A DNA stretch of 64,000 nucleotides from Mustelus asterias. Its lineage: Eukaryota. A model generated the notes under the pieces. It was not told the DNA's origin. It ran no database searches and worked only from the letters and a program-made list of their open reading frames with translations. Positions 47,665-61,751 of this stretch are shown one piece after another (position 1 is the first letter of the stretch; every line of letters begins with the position of its first letter). Location of the stretch: assembly GCF_964213995.1 (NCBI RefSeq), contig NC_135810.1:86056001-86120000 (forward strand), in the 5' to 3' direction. A program made the position numbers and the translations under genes.

Positions 47665-50177
47665 GACTGGTTGGCCTGAAATAGCCTGTTTCTGTGTTGT
47701 ATATCCTATGTAATAAAAATCAGGACTAATAGGAATGAGTCTTTAACCAGACTTTCCAACATGTTCCAAATTAGTTCAAAATCTAACTGGCAGGATTACA
47801 AAATGTTCTGCTTTTTCAGAAATGTTGCACGAATAATAAGAACATCAATGCTGCAGGAGTCTTGAGAAATTAAAGATGGTGGCAAATTAATTTAGAAAAT
47901 GTACTGCAGTGGACATTGCTTTAAAAATAGATAGTACATGGCTGCAAAAAAGGCTGAACAAAAACAAAAGTTCATACCACTTCCAGAGGGTTTCCAAATG
48001 TATCCATAGTAGTTACAATGCTTTGTTGTGTCTTGCCTGTTGACGACAGGCTAGATGGACCAGCTGGTCTTTTCAAGTCTGTTTGTTTGTTGATGCAAAA
48101 GAGAGAGTTGCTCTAGCCTAGCAACTGAGTTCGAGAGAGAGAAAGATGAAGGATATATCAACACAACTATAGACAGTGTGTTCAAGCAAGACCTTGAGGA
48201 TGAATCTTGAAGTCCAAACGAACCCGGACAATGTAACTTATAGCGTCTGCTGACAATCTGTAAAATCTATTTTATACATTTGGTTGTAAAAAAATGTAGA
48301 CATACGCAGAAGGATAGGTATGCAGTAAAAGGCTCTGCATTAGGCCAGAGACTACCATATAAAGCAAGGTCAGTTCAGCATGTGGTAAGAATATTGTTTA
48401 AGAATAGGCATTTTCTTTTGTTCAGCAGACACAAGGAGGATTGTGTGTCTGCACTCAAATGTGTCCCCTCTGCTAAAATACTCTATTTCGTTACTATTCA
48501 ACTGAACACCAAAGGTTGCACGGAGTGTTTGAATGTCACAACCAAGGATGAATGCAAGAAAGCATTATAACTTCCCGTGTTTCCTCCTACCTGTAGCCAA
48601 GTAATGTCCTGAGAGCGGCAAAAAGCTAGATTATTTAAAAAAATACCTTTGGTAATTTCTGGGAGCTCTGATGAATGGTCACCACTTGAAATGCTAGCTC
48701 TCTTTCTCTCTCCGCAGGTGCTACCTGACTTGATGAGTGTTTCTTACTGATTTTACTTTGTGGGAATAATTTGTCCGCAGAGTGGGCCCCCTCACAAAAA
48801 GAGGTTTTTGCAGGGGTTGAGGCTTAGAATAGTATCCACTTAACTGCACACACCAACTAAAAAAGCACCAAAGATACCACAGACCTCAAATTAGGTTTCT
48901 CTCACAGTGCCAATGTCAAGCAAATTTATTACTAGCTTAGGATCGCCAGACGCTCATGAAAATAAAGAGTACCATGAAATAAAAGGCAGGCTAAGTTAGT
49001 GTCCTGTTTTATCATCAGTTCCAAATTCACACTGAAATAATATGACATACACAGTTAGATATACCAAGACATTAGACAATAAACTAGATAACCAGGCATT
49101 TTGCATTTGTACGGTTCGCAGCTACAGCTTCTATTTTTAAATGTAAGGAATTTATTCACTGGGGTTAATTAGCTAAGCACTTAGAATGTACAGTAATTTA
49201 TGGAAAGTATCTCACTGAGACTTGAAGTGCAAAACAGTCATTCAATTCTTCATGGATCAAAGAAACAGGCAACTTATTACTTGTTCATGGCAATAATACC
49301 TGTCAAAGACTGCTTAAAGGTTTATATATGTTTCAAATCAAGAATAACATGAGATTATCAACCAAACCTGATCAAAACACACTCAATTTCTTCAAAGTGG
49401 TAGCTGAATCTCTCTATCTATCTGCAAATACATGTACCATTAAATAACAGAAAACGTCTTCCATTGGTTTTGGACTCGCTTAAAGAAGATTGATTGAAGG
49501 AAGTGACTAAATCAATTTTCAGATTATATAATTTAGACGTTAAACTATGTTTCTAACAAGTGAATGAACCCATTCATACTTATTTATAGGTTCCATCAAT
49601 AGATATTCAGGATGGGGCAGACTAGAAGGAACTTTGCATGGGTCCTTAGGATACCAATATAGAAGACAACATATGATTATAACTTCATTTTAATGTGTTT
49701 GCATTATGATAGTAACACTATACTTGCATTTAAAAGATCAAATCAAACCAGTAATAAACTGCAGTGAATCTCAAATGTAATTTCATTCCACGTACACTTT
49801 AAGTAAGCACAAAGGCTTGGAATTTGTTGGGCTGAAGGGGTCTTGCCACCGGTCGCACAACAGGTCAGGAAACGTCTGCCAAAAGATGCTGGGCTAATCA
49901 GAGGCCAGTAATTCTTCATGCTGCCAACAACTGGGGAGTGGGGGGTAATGGCTGCTGCATGTGTACTCACTAGAGGCCCAGGATCATCATGGGGTCACAG
50001 GCCACAGGCGTGTGAGGGCAGGATGGGAATTGCAGGATGGGAGTCATGGAAGGTAGGGTTTTAGACGAAAGGGCAGGAGGTTTTCAGCTGTCACATTTTT
50101 CCTTATGGATTACTTTATTGTAATACTAAAGGTTATGTGCTTGGCACCTCATCCACATGCTGTTTGCTACCTTATAA

Positions 50178-50462
50178 GGCACAGTGGTTAGCACTGCTGC
50201 CTCACAGCGCCAAGGACCTGGGTTCAATTCCCGGCTTGGGTCACTGTCTGTATGGAGTCTGCACATTCTCCCCATGTCTGCGTGGGTTTCCTCCGGGTGC
50301 TCCGGTTTTCTCCCACAGTCCGAAAGATGTGCCGGTTAGGTGGATTGACCATGCTAAAATTCTCTCTCAGTGTACCCGAACAGGCACTGGAGTGTGGCGA
50401 CTAGGAGATTTTCACACTGACTTCATTGCAGTGTTAATGTAGGACAACCTGTGACTAATAAA
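50178..50462 (+). mobile_element. HE1-like SINE with type B tail
   Basis: HE1 head and body plus GTGTGGCGACTAGG.GATTTTCACA..GACTTCATTGCAGTGTTAATGT. Confidence 0.87.
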
Positions 50463-51471
50463 AAAATTATATCCTCAATTTTGTTCAATGCCCTCTTTAA
50501 CAGAAGTGTAACAAATATATTATTTCTTCCCACATCATATAGCACCACATGAATTACTATCACTGGTATTTTTAATTACCCCTCAATAATCCTGTTAAAT
50601 GACTCATTATCCTCTATTGTTCTCACATTTTCATGAGTAAGTCCCCTTAACTACAATATTGCTGTGTCTTCAAGTTTGTACATTTATTGTAGCTATCAGT
50701 TTTGTAGCTCCCTCATCTACCTTGATTATTGAACTGTACATTGTTTTTGTTCAGTGGCCCAAGACTGTTCTTTATTCCCAAGACTACCTGTGCCCAGTCT
50801 GAGATTTATAACAACAAAATTCAATTGTTGCCACTAAATTCTGATTTGGTCAGATTTCTTGAAAATTACAATTTTTCCCCCCATTTTGTTCTGCTATTTT
50901 CTGTATTCTTTCTCTGCAATTTGGCTAGAAAAGTGTGCAGACGTCTCTAACAATGCCGCCCTGACTACAATAGCCACATGATCCATTCAGGTAATGACTG
51001 CTCCTCTAATTTTGTGGGTTTCTTGATGTTGGTCAACGTCTCCCTGTGACAATAAGGCTGAGTGTGCGAAATCATCAAAGTATGAGATGCTAAATCTGCT
51101 ACTTAGTGCTGCCATAGCTTCTCAAGTTTCTTTCAAAATACTGTATCCAAACCTTTTACTCACACGTCACTGTTATCTTTTCAGTCCTTAAATATGCACA
51201 TAACAGCACTGAAACAGTCAGAGTAATGAGCTCTTTATACTACACTCTCTCAGACTATATAGTTCAATTTTCAGCTTTGATGCGCTATTTTTCAAAGTGA
51301 ATTTTGACCCTTTCATTCTGGTGCAGTTTTAGAATATTATGTCGTGTATTGGTGTCTATTTTTTCCATTATAAGTCTGCTGGCATTTGTTGAATTGTTTA
51401 GGGACAGACAAGATAGAGCCAATACTAAACCCAGAAGATAATGGCCTTTCTTGTCCAATTCTTTAGAAGTG

Positions 51472-52000
51472 GGCCTCAATTTTCAGATGGTGAGTGCCTG
51501 CCATCCTGAGAGTCGGCGGGGAATGCATCCAACTCTGATAGGCCCGCTGCCATTTTACACTCAATTGAGCAGAGATTGGCAGCAGGCAGGACTTCCTCTC
51601 TTGGACGGAACCAATCAGACAGTCCAACAACTTTCCAGCCTCTCCAGGCACAGCACTGCTGTGGCCAGATGGGTTAGTGCAGGGCCGTGCCTGAACCAAA
51701 GTCCCAGCACCACACTTCAGGTAAGTATCAGGTGTCCCAGGAGTGGGAGGACGGGGGATACCTTGGGGGGGTTGAGACAGGGGGTGCGATCTCAGTATTG
51801 GGCGGTAGGCCTCGAAGTCCTCTTCCCTCCCCCCTTCCGCCTGAGATCAAAGATGAAGACCTTTCTGTTTGGCACTCTGACCCAACCAGTGCCTGCTCAT
51901 CTAAAAATTGAGGCTGGGCAGGAAAAGGTAATTAAGTGGCCTGAAAAGGGTCATAGGTGGGCTTCCTGTCATGAAACCAGTGAAGTATAAAATTCTGGCC
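51472..52000. mobile_element. Degenerate non-autonomous TIR element
   Basis: GGCCTCAATTTT ... AAAATTCTGGCC inverted ends around a GC-rich interior. Confidence 0.45.
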
Positions 52001-52719
52001 ATGGATTCTGATCCAACACCATTTGCACGAATTGTTCTGTAGGTTAGTCTGTTGGATAGCGTTGGCTCCTTTGAAGCTTTTTAAATCATTCAAATACACC
52101 CAAGGTGTTCAAAAGAATCTTTTGACCGCTGTCATCTTCAGTCACTGCATTCCTCTTTTGCTGTTGCAATGTTGCCCTCTTGGATGTTGTTCCATTTCTG
52201 CACGCTCCATTTTTTTACCAACTATTAGGTAATAACTGTTTACCCAGTTCCAATTTTACACCATTTCAACACATGGTTTTTTGCCCTTAAACATGAGTCA
52301 TGAAGTCTGGAGTTCTACTTCTCTTGGTATGAACTCAAACTGGTGTGGAATAGCCTTCGACTGGGCATTGCTGGCCTAACTCCTTTACAATGCTCAGCCT
52401 TTTACATGAATACGTACCTAAAATTCCTTTGCATTGATGTGGTGACATTTAACCACACCCTTTATAAAGTATTTTATTTTCTGTAATTCACTCACTTCAT
52501 CATATTGAACAACAACATGTTACAAATTATTCTTAATGCATCAAGGGCAATACTGCATGGTTATTGATTACTGACCACCTACCTGTCGCTTTAAAAAGGC
52601 TTGTTTTAAGTCTCAGAGAATGTTGAAGATCTTCAAAATCAATAATGTTAACAGGAGAATGTTACTACTGACATTCCTCTTTACATGTACAGTTACTAAA
52701 ATTACTCTGCCTTTTTAAA

Positions 52720-53062
52720 ATTAATTTGTGGGGCATGTGCGTCGCTGGCTGGCCAGCATTTATTGTCCATCCAAAGTTGCCCGAGTGCAGTTGAGAGCCA
52801 CATTGCTGTGGCTCTGGAGTCACATGTAGGCCAGACCAGGTAAGGTCGGCAGATTTCTTTCCCAAAAGGGACGTTAATGAACCAGATGGGTTTTTTTGAC
52901 AATCGACAATGGTTTCATGGTCATCGGTAGATTCTTAATTCCAGATATTTGTTATTGAATTCAAATTCCACCATCTGCCGTGGCGAGATTCGAACTCCAG
53001 GTCCTCAGAACATTAGCTGAGTTTCTGGTTAAGCGATAATACCATTAGGCCATCGCCTCCCC
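52720..53062 (-). mobile_element. Deu-domain SINE (SacSINE1-like), near full length
   Basis: Minus strand head GGGGAGGCGATGGCCTAATGG...GTTCGAATC, Deu core GAAATCTGCC.ACCTTACCTGGTCTGGCCTACATGTGACTCCAG, and LINE-shared tail. Confidence 0.78.
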
Positions 53063-54679
53063 AAAGGATGAAATTAATATACTTCAATCAAATTAACAGA
53101 TGCTTTTTAAAAGCATTTGAACCTATTTCGTCTCATAACAAACATGGCCAACAGTATCAGGTTTACAATACAATATTAACTGTAGTTGTACAGAAACATT
53201 GAAAAATGAAAAGTCACTTTCACAGCTGTAATTGATGTGTACGGTATAACAGCCCAACAGTACATGAGCCACATAGTATTTTTAATTATAGTTTCTAATT
53301 TTGCTGTACACCATAAATAACAAATTAGTTTACTTTTCCATGCCTGACTTTTATATAGAATGAGTATCATGTTCTATAGTGAGTTGCATCATGTGCTAAA
53401 CAATTATTTTACCATTTATAGATTAAGTATCATGTCCTCCAACATGCTTAACTGCTATCTGACCATATGGGTATGCTGTTAACCACAAACTAAAACAATT
53501 TGGTTCAAAAACAAAACTAATACATTTGTTTTATCCAAGGACAACAAACATTGAAACTTTTAAGTGTCGATTCATCGGGATAGAGGGCAGATTAAATTTA
53601 GTCCCAAGTTATTTAATGTAATTTTAGATCTAAAGCAAAGGGTATTTTATTAAAGTCTCATATAATCCTCACTTTTATGAAGGGAAATTCCTGTACTTTG
53701 CTATCACCTCTCAGTCAAAGCTTGCTCTCCTCTTTTAGAAGTTTGTTAGAGGCAGCCGGCAAGCAAAGGTTTTATGCAGACTTGTCACTTGTCCAAAACC
53801 TTGTTACCCATGTGCTGTCCCCTGAAAATCTTCCTCGTCTAATACTTCAGTCCTTGACAATCTCTATTGGCTCCTTGGAAAAGAAAATTGGGCACAATGT
53901 ATATTTTACACCCCTTGCTACACTGCATTTCACCCGTCCTCTTTCAATATGTGGATTTTAAAATCCTTGCCCTTATCTACAAATCTTTCTAGAGTCCCAC
54001 TCCTCCTGCCTCAGGAAAGCCCCATGTTCCTGTCAGCACCTTCTGTGTTTCTAACACTTGTTTCCTTTCCATGTGTCCTCCTTGATTGCATTTATCCTAA
54101 TTCCAGTTCCACACTCAAATATTGCTGTTCCTTTACTGTTGCTGTTCTCCCTCCCTAACAGCACTGTGGGTGTACATACACCACATGGACTGCAGCAATT
54201 CAAGAAGGCAACTCACCACCACCTTCTCAAGGGCAATTAGGAATGGGCGATAAATGCTGGTCTAACTAGTGACGCCCACATCCCGTGAAGAAATAGAAAA
54301 CAAAAGTGCAAGGTGGATATAAAACTGGGTCAAATCAATCCCTGAGCCTAGCATTGATTTCAGAGCAACTGCTAATTAGTGTAGCTAATTAGTCATGAAG
54401 GAATGCAAGGACAAAGAATTCAAGGTCAGGGAACCAATTTATGTCAGGTGAGAATAGAGATGATGGGTTCACAAGATTTGGTGGTTATTGCCATTTGAAC
54501 ATTTGCTGCTTGAAGTTCACTGCTTGTAATTAGTTATGGAGTGAAAATGTCTAGTGCTGAAGGCAAAGACCAAGATCGCTTAGAAACCACCAAAAGACCT
54601 TGATGCCAAAATAACTAGTTGCCAGCTATTTATCATCACACAGCAGCAAATACACGAGTATCCATTATGTCACATCAGC

Positions 54680-55390
54680 AACATGGATGAAACGTCCGTG
54701 AATTCCAATATGCTGAGGAATCAGGCTGTGGGGTGGAAAAGTTCAAAAATAGTTCTCGTGAAAACGACAGGACACAAGGTAAGATTCATGGTGCTACTAG
54801 CCTGCATGGACGATGGAACAAAATTAAAGTCTCTGATAAGTTTCAAACATAAAACCATGCAGAAAATCAAGTTCCCTGCAGGAGTTTTTGTGCATGTCCA
54901 TCACAGTGATTGGATGGGTGAGGATAAAATGAGGCTGTGGATTGATAATATGTGGAATAGGTGTCATGGTGACCTACTCAAAGAATACAGCTTGTGGGAT
55001 TTGCAGAGATCCCATTTAAACACTGAGGTATCAGTGAAGAAATAACACCCAAAGTGCAGTTATATCAGGAGTCTTGTGTCCCTGTTCAACCTTTGCAAAA
55101 GCTGAATGGTTGACAGAGAATATATCTGCAGGAAGAGTGGAAATGTGAGTGCTACCCACCTCACTCGAAGCTTTGTGTGGTTTTGGCATCAAATCGTGGG
55201 ATCCTATTAATGCCCAAAGTACCATCAGATCATTCAAAAAATGGGGAATATCCAATTCAATGGCGGGAGAGGAATATTATCTGTTATGGAGGATTGATTC
55301 TGAACTGAACGCACCAAATCTGATCCAGAGTGGGATCCTTACAATGATGCTGTTTCCAACATGACTCACTATGAATTTGATGAACTCTTT
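54680..55390 (+). pseudogene. pogo/Tigger-type DDE transposase remnant (POGK-like)
   Basis: MDET...VKTTGH..RFMVLLACMDDGTKL...KFPAG...WM...W...W, then SW...IRSFKKWGISNS..GEE...LW; frameshifts and deletions. Confidence 0.85.
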
Positions 55391-56371
55391 GGGTGGGACT
55401 TTCCAGCCTCGCTCACCCTGAAACCGGAAAATCCCACCTGAGGTCAACGGACCTATGTATGGTCTGTGTCCCGCCCTCTACAATTCCCGTAGCGGGTGAG
55501 ATGGGACATAGGAATATAGGTTCGTAGGAATTAGGAGCAGAAGTGACAATTCAGCCCTTTATGTCAGATGCTGAAGACAGTGATTTTGATAGTTTTTACA
55601 GTGTTTGAATTAGGTTAAAGGTATCCTTGTAGAACGAATTCATTCAATAAAATGTGTCATGTTGCTTTAATTTGAATTACTGGGGTTATTTTTCTTTTCA
55701 CATTTCAAAATGGTGATCACTCACACCAACACTGGCGGTTCACATTTTATAGTCGGGATGTAAGTTTTTGGAAGGATTTTTCAAGGCTTCAAAGGTCACA
55801 ATCTATGGCATATTTCCCAAAATGATTCTGCAATTTGGACCAGTCACTTATTGTGGGGTGTGCTTTGCTGCATGCTTAGAAGATTAATTTCACTTGAATG
55901 AAGAGAACTGTAAAAGGAGAATCCTTTAAGCTAAGCAGAGATAAGGTCTATTCCAAACCCATTCTTCTCAAAGCTTAGATCTTTTCAAGATTGCATTGTT
56001 TCTATTTAAAAGTCCACCTATACAAACATTTTAATAGGATATGTTTCACATAATCTCTTATAATTAGATTAGCCATCAATGTGGCAAAGTATATAGAGTT
56101 GCAAACAGCTGTGGCTGGACAGGCATGTTGTTTTTTAATTTAAAATGATTGTGACAATGATCAAAGTACCATACTTTAAAATACTTTGCACAAGGAAGGT
56201 TTTTGAATAGTAAAAATGGCCTTTCGTTATGAGGAAAAGAAGGTGCAATTCTCTCATTTCCAAAGAATTTCAGACACATTTGTTTCTGCCAAATAGAGTT
56301 TACGATAGATGATGCATTTATTCTGTAAAGGTGTAAAAAGCCAGTTCCCATGCATTTTCTTGAAAAGCTTT

Positions 56372-56701
56372 TCTAGAATCCTAGAATCCTACAATGCAGA
56401 AGGCGGCCATTCGGTCCATCGAGTCTGCATCGACCACAATCCCACCCTGGCCCTATCCCCATAACCCCATGCATTTAGCCTAGCTGGTCCCCCTGGCACT
56501 AAGGGACTATTTAGCATGGCCAATCCACCTAACTTGCACATCTTTGGACTGTGGGAGGAAACTGGAGCACCCGGAGGAAACCCACGCAGACACAGGGAAA
56601 ATGTACAAACTCCACACAGACAGTGATTCAAGCCGGGAATTGAACCCGGATCCCTGGCGCTGTGAGGCAGCAGTGCTAACTACTGTGCTACCGTGCCGCC
56701 C
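56372..56701 (-). mobile_element. HE1-like SINE, full length, CR1-type tail
   Basis: Reverse complement of GGGCGGCACGGTAGCACAG...GGATTCTAGGATTCTAG. Confidence 0.92.
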
Positions 56702-56834
56702 ATATCTGATGTTCCACACAACTTAGTCGATCATTTTAATTCCATGGAAATTAAGGTTGATTTTAAACCTAGGTAAGGGAGGAAGATGTCATTTTCTCCC
56801 CCATTTGTTTCTGACCAATAGTTTATGAACGATG

Positions 56835-57430
56835 ATGTCCTTGAGAAGGTGGTGATGAGCCACTTTCTTGAACCTCTGCAGTTCACGATATCTAGGTACA
56901 CCCACAGTGCTTTTGTGAAAGGTGTTCAGGGATTTTGACCCAGCGACAGTGAAAAAACGGTGATATAATTTCAAATCAGGATGGTGTGGGACTTGGAGGG
57001 GAACTTGAAGGCAGTGGTGTTCCCATGCGTCTGTTGCCCTTGTCCGTCGTAGAGCTAGTAGAGGTCGTACGTTTGGAAGGTGCTGTCGAAGGAACCTTGG
57101 TGAATTACATATGGTACACACTGCAGCCACTGCTCTGGAGGGAGTGAATGCTGAAGGTGATGGATGGGGTGTCAATCAAGCAGGTTGCTTTGTCCTAGAT
57201 GGTATCAAGCTTCCCGAGTGTTGTTGGAGCTGCACTCATAGAGGCAAGTGGAGAGTATTCATTCACACTCCTGACTTGTGCCTTGTAGATGGTGTACAGG
57301 CTTTGGGGAGTTGGGAAATGAGTTACACACCACAGAATTCCTAGTTTCTGACCTGCTCTTGTCGTCACAGTATTTATCTGGCTGTTCCAGTTCAGTTTTG
57401 GTCAATGGTAACTCCTAGGATGTTGATGCT
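56835..57430 (-). mobile_element. CR1-clade LINE 3' fragment (same family as 31590-32220)
   Basis: Reverse-complement homology with CAAGGCACAAGTCAGGAGTGTG..GAATACTC and CACCACCTTCTCAAGG. Confidence 0.8.
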
Positions 57431-57586
57431 GAGCATTGTTTTTGAGTAGCCATTATTTTCTTTTAAATCCCAGAGATTTGCTAGGCCACTTCAATGAACA
57501 TTGCTATGGGATGAGGCTCCCCAGAAGTTGTTGACCCGGGCAAGATCCCTCGATTTGTCACTGTCTGCCTGGGATACCCCCCAAAT

Positions 57587-58706
57587 TGTTACAAACCCAG
57601 GTGAGGAGGGGTGACTGGGTCTGTGTCTTTATTCAGCCTACCATCTGCTGGTAGCAACAAAGGTTAAAATAACAAGGTTCCCTTTCTCTTGGATACCTTT
57701 TCCAAACCCAATAGCTATGTTTAAAAAGAGTCCAATTTAACCAGGCTTTCTGGAGTTAAGATAGAGTGAGTTTATAAACTACTAAAATGTAAGGAGAAAT
57801 GGTAAAATGCATTCATATGGAGAAAGAATTGAGTGCAATAGTAAGTAAATAAAAATAAAAAGTTATATCCAACAATCCTTGACTTGCGAGGAGTAGTTGA
57901 TGAAGTGTTGCAGCCATTACAAATTGATTCCAGTATAGTCGACTTCATAGAATCATAGAATCCTACAGCGCAGAAAGAGGCCATTCGGCCCATCAACTCT
58001 GCACCAACCACAATCCCACCCAGGCCCTATCCCCATATCCCTACATATTTACTCACTAATCCCTCTAACCTATGCATCCCGGGACACTAAGGGGCAATTT
58101 AGAATGGCCAATCAACCTAGCCCGCACATCTTTGGACTTCTGCAAGCGAGCAGTTAATTCTTCAGTTCAATAGAGATATTTTGGGTTTTTTTTGCAGCTG
58201 CGCTCCTTTTGACTTCCGCAGTCAATGAGAGAGAGAGTTTTTAGATATTCCTGCAAAAGATGGCTATTTCCCTTTTGCAGGGACACTGCTTCTGGTACTG
58301 TATTCAGTGTGGAAAACATCCAGCTGCTTTTCCTCACAGCACACATGTACAGACAGATCGGAGAGAGAGGCAGGCAGGGCTGGGAGGCTCTTTCAGCTAG
58401 TTTTTAAACCTCTTTTATATCTTCCAACTGGCAACCAAGAATACACTCGTCCATCTAGGCAATCAGACTCAGGGCCTTTGAGATGGGATAATCATTATGT
58501 TTCTTTGCCTTTACCGGAGATGGATGCTTTTAGAAGTACTTTGTCTGGAAACGGAGGGGTTCCATTGTCCCTTAGAAAGACACCCCGCAGCCATTCCAGT
58601 TAGTAGCTAACTGTACATTCTCAGCCATCTTCCATGTTTGTGTCCATTTTAAAGTCCAATATTTCTGTGCATATATTCCATGTTTTTTTTCTCTATCATC
58701 ATAACA
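57587..58706 (-). mobile_element. Probable solo LTR interrupted by an HE1 SINE tail (57947-58134, TSD GACTTC)
   Basis: TGTTA...TAACA ends; flanks AAAT and ACAT; minus-strand TATAAAAG near 58413 and AATAAA near 57628. Confidence 0.5.
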
Positions 58707-58760
58707 ACATTAAAAGTCAAAGGGTGTTGGACTATAGTCAGGTGTGAGCCAGAACCAATA

Positions 58761-58951
58761 TATAGAATCATAGAATCCCTACAGTGCAGAAAGAGGCCAT
58801 TTGGCCCATCGAGTCTGCACCGACCACAATCCCACCCAAGCCCTATCCCCATAACCCTATGTATTGACTCTACCTAGTCCCCCTGACACTAAGAAGCAAT
58901 TTAGCATGGTCAATTCACCTAACCCACACATCTTTGGTCTGTGGGAGGAAA
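58761..58951 (-). mobile_element. HE1-like SINE 3' part
   Basis: ATAGAATCATAGAATCCCTACAGTGCAGAAAGAGGCC...TGTGGGAGGAA. Confidence 0.82.
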
Positions 58952-60994
58952 AATGTAACACATCACAACATGGAATTTATTATGCCTCCATAAATCTCAT
59001 AACATTTCACTCGTGACCATTTATATGATCTTACTGCTTGCCATCCTCCATACCACACAGTGAAAATGCTGTCAAAGAAGCATATTTTCCGATGTTAGCT
59101 ACACGGAGACATGAATCGTACCTCTACAGTTCCAAAGCCATTCATAGTATAAATTATTTGATGTGATTTTGATCTCAACAGCAGTATAGAAACTGCACTA
59201 AAATGAAATTACATTTAATTTTTGTTGAATGTTTTATGTATCCTATAAACATGGAACAATATTACCCAACTCAAAGTGTTATAATAGATGGAAAGCTGTC
59301 ATGGTGGAGAGTTTACTTTCTGAGGGGTTTAACTATGAGCTCCACCTGATTTTACAAAGTTGAGTATCACTGCATTCTGCAGAAGCAATGGTCTTGAGTG
59401 TCTCATCGTCTTAACTGGGAATTATAGAACGGTATTAATAGTTTTGCACCCTTGGTGTAGATATTCCCATAGTAGTTATTTGTATAAGCTGAGTGTGTCT
59501 GTACAGTCCAATGTCTGTATACTTAATCTCAGGGTGCAACAAAAGCATCCTCGTTTGATCTGAACTGGGTTTGCGTGTCTTTCGCACATGTGCTCCTTCA
59601 ATCCTTTTGAAGATGGACTTAGAAAATATTTAGTAAGATAAGGCCAGATATGAATCATTAAACTGCTTTATTTCACACAGCTTTATTGGATTGTCTTAGC
59701 TCAAACTGTACAGCTGTGCTCACCCAATAATACAAAATAAAGAACGCACGATGTTTCTTCACATCAATGGATGAACTTTCCTGACTTAAAAACAAAAAAA
59801 CTCGCAGCTTTCTGATAGAAACTTAATTGACTGCCTCTGTCACCCTGTGTTCACAGCCAGAAGGGACTGGGGACTTCCCAACATAATGGGTGCAAAGCAT
59901 TTATGGATTACTGGGATAAACCTATGAATGGCTTATTAGTTTTAGTATATCAAGAATTAACATTAAAATTTAATTTATTACTCTATCTAATGTCTCAATT
60001 CCTTTTCCTTTTACCTTATTCAAATAGTCTTTGCTTTGTAAAAATACTATGGTTCTGCAACATTCTTGCTGAAACATGCTTCTGATAGGCTCATGAGTGG
60101 TTGAGCTGCAGTCCCTTTCTAAAATCTTAAATTTTACTAATTGGTCTTACCTGTATTTTGATCAGTGGCTTTGGAAGCCACATAGAGGGGCTTTGTGGGC
60201 CCCTATGTGACCCAAGAGCCGATGAGTGGACAAGCTTGTCTTAGAGTATTGTGGATTCGGAGGTTACGTGGTGAAGCACCCAAGGCCACAATTTGTATCA
60301 AGTGTAATACAGAGCCATAGAAACTTACGGCAGTGAAGATGGCCATTCAGTCCATCATGTCTGCACTGCTGTTTGCTATAAAATCCAAAAATAATTTCAC
60401 TACCCTGTGCCCAACCTTTGCTTCAGATAATTATCCATTTTTTCCTTAAAAGATGACTGTGTTCTGCCTCAACCACATCTCAAGACAACACCCAGGCCCA
60501 ACTTTCTAACCCTTACCTAACCAATGCTTAAGAGCAATGTTGGGAGAGATCTGGGCAGCTAGTGCACCAACAATGATAGCAATCTTACGTGACCTGTTGG
60601 TGCTACACATTAGGCAAGATATAAACAATGATAGACAAGCAAAGATCCTCTGCTTCATCCATACCGTCTCACACAATGCAAGTCATTTAATGGTGAAATT
60701 AATGTAAAATTAGAGCTGAAGTGTAAACTAATTCAGTCCATGGATTGTGTATTGCTCCTGTTGATGTTCCCGCTACAGAGCAATCAATGCAATAACAGCT
60801 TGTATTCAGCTAACACTTTCAGCAAAGCAAAACCTTTCGAGGAGTTTCACAGGAGTGTTATCCGACAAAATGTGACACTGAACCACTTAGAGATATCAGG
60901 ACAGGTAACTGAAAGCTTAGTCAAAGAGAAAAGTAAAAGGAGAGTTATATAACAAAGAGAGGGTTAGGGAGGATATTACAGGGTTTATCATAGA

Positions 60995-61751
60995 TAGAAT
61001 CTACAGTGCAGAAGGAGGCCATTTGGCCCATTGAGTCTGCATCGACAACAATTCCACCCAGGTCCCATCCTTGTAACCCCTCATATTTACAGTCCTAATC
61101 CCCCTGGCATCAAGGGGCAATTTATCATAGCCAATCAACCTAACCCGCACATTTTTAGAACATAGAAACCCTACAGTGCAGAAAGAGGCCATTTGGCCCA
61201 TCGAGTCTGCACCGACCACAATCCTACCCAGGCCCTTTCCCCATATCCCTACATATTTACCCGCTAATCCCTCTAACCTACGCATCTCAGGACTCTAAGG
61301 GGCAATTTTTTTTTAGCATAGCCAATCAACCTAACCCGCACATCTTTGGACTGTGGGAGGAAACCGGAGCACCCGGAGGAAACTCACGCAGACACGAGGA
61401 GAATGTGCAAACTCCACACAGACAGTGACCCAAGCCGGGAATCGAACCCAGGTGTGGTGGACCTCAGTTGTGCCTTTGTCCTACTTGCACCACCGTTGTG
61501 TGTTTGTTATGCCAGGGCACATTCCCTGCCGGCTCGGCTCCTCCCCTTGTCACCTAGTATAAAGGTGGCTGTCTCCTCCCCCTTGCTCAGTCCGGGTTGG
61601 TTACCTGTTGGGATGTGCTCCTGATTCTGTTATGAATAAAATCCTACAGTTGTATTGGCACACAAGTAGTCTTTTGCCTAATTGATAGTGCATCACCAGG
61701 TCCTTGGAGCTGTGAAGCAGCAGTGCTAACCACTGTGCTACCGTGCCGCCC
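60995..61751 (-). mobile_element. Full HE1-like SINE plus an adjacent second SINE tail; head interrupted by a solo LTR
   Basis: Tails at 60995-61155 and from 61157; head resumes at 61696 and ends CCGTGCCGCCC. Confidence 0.88.
61453..61695 (+). mobile_element. 243-bp solo LTR
   Basis: TG...CA ends; 5-bp TSD CCAGG at 61448-61452 and 61696-61700; TATAAA at 61558; AATAAA at 61635. Confidence 0.85.

Noticed and set aside
54683-55364. Domesticated POGK/TIGD gene
   Set aside because: Fragmented across frames with catalytic-region decay; a transposon fossil.
60150-60210. Possible MICU2 exon with strong minus-strand donor (CAG|gtaag) and local hairpin
   Set aside because: Nearest acceptor gives 52 nt, out of phase, and the peptide is not MICU-like.
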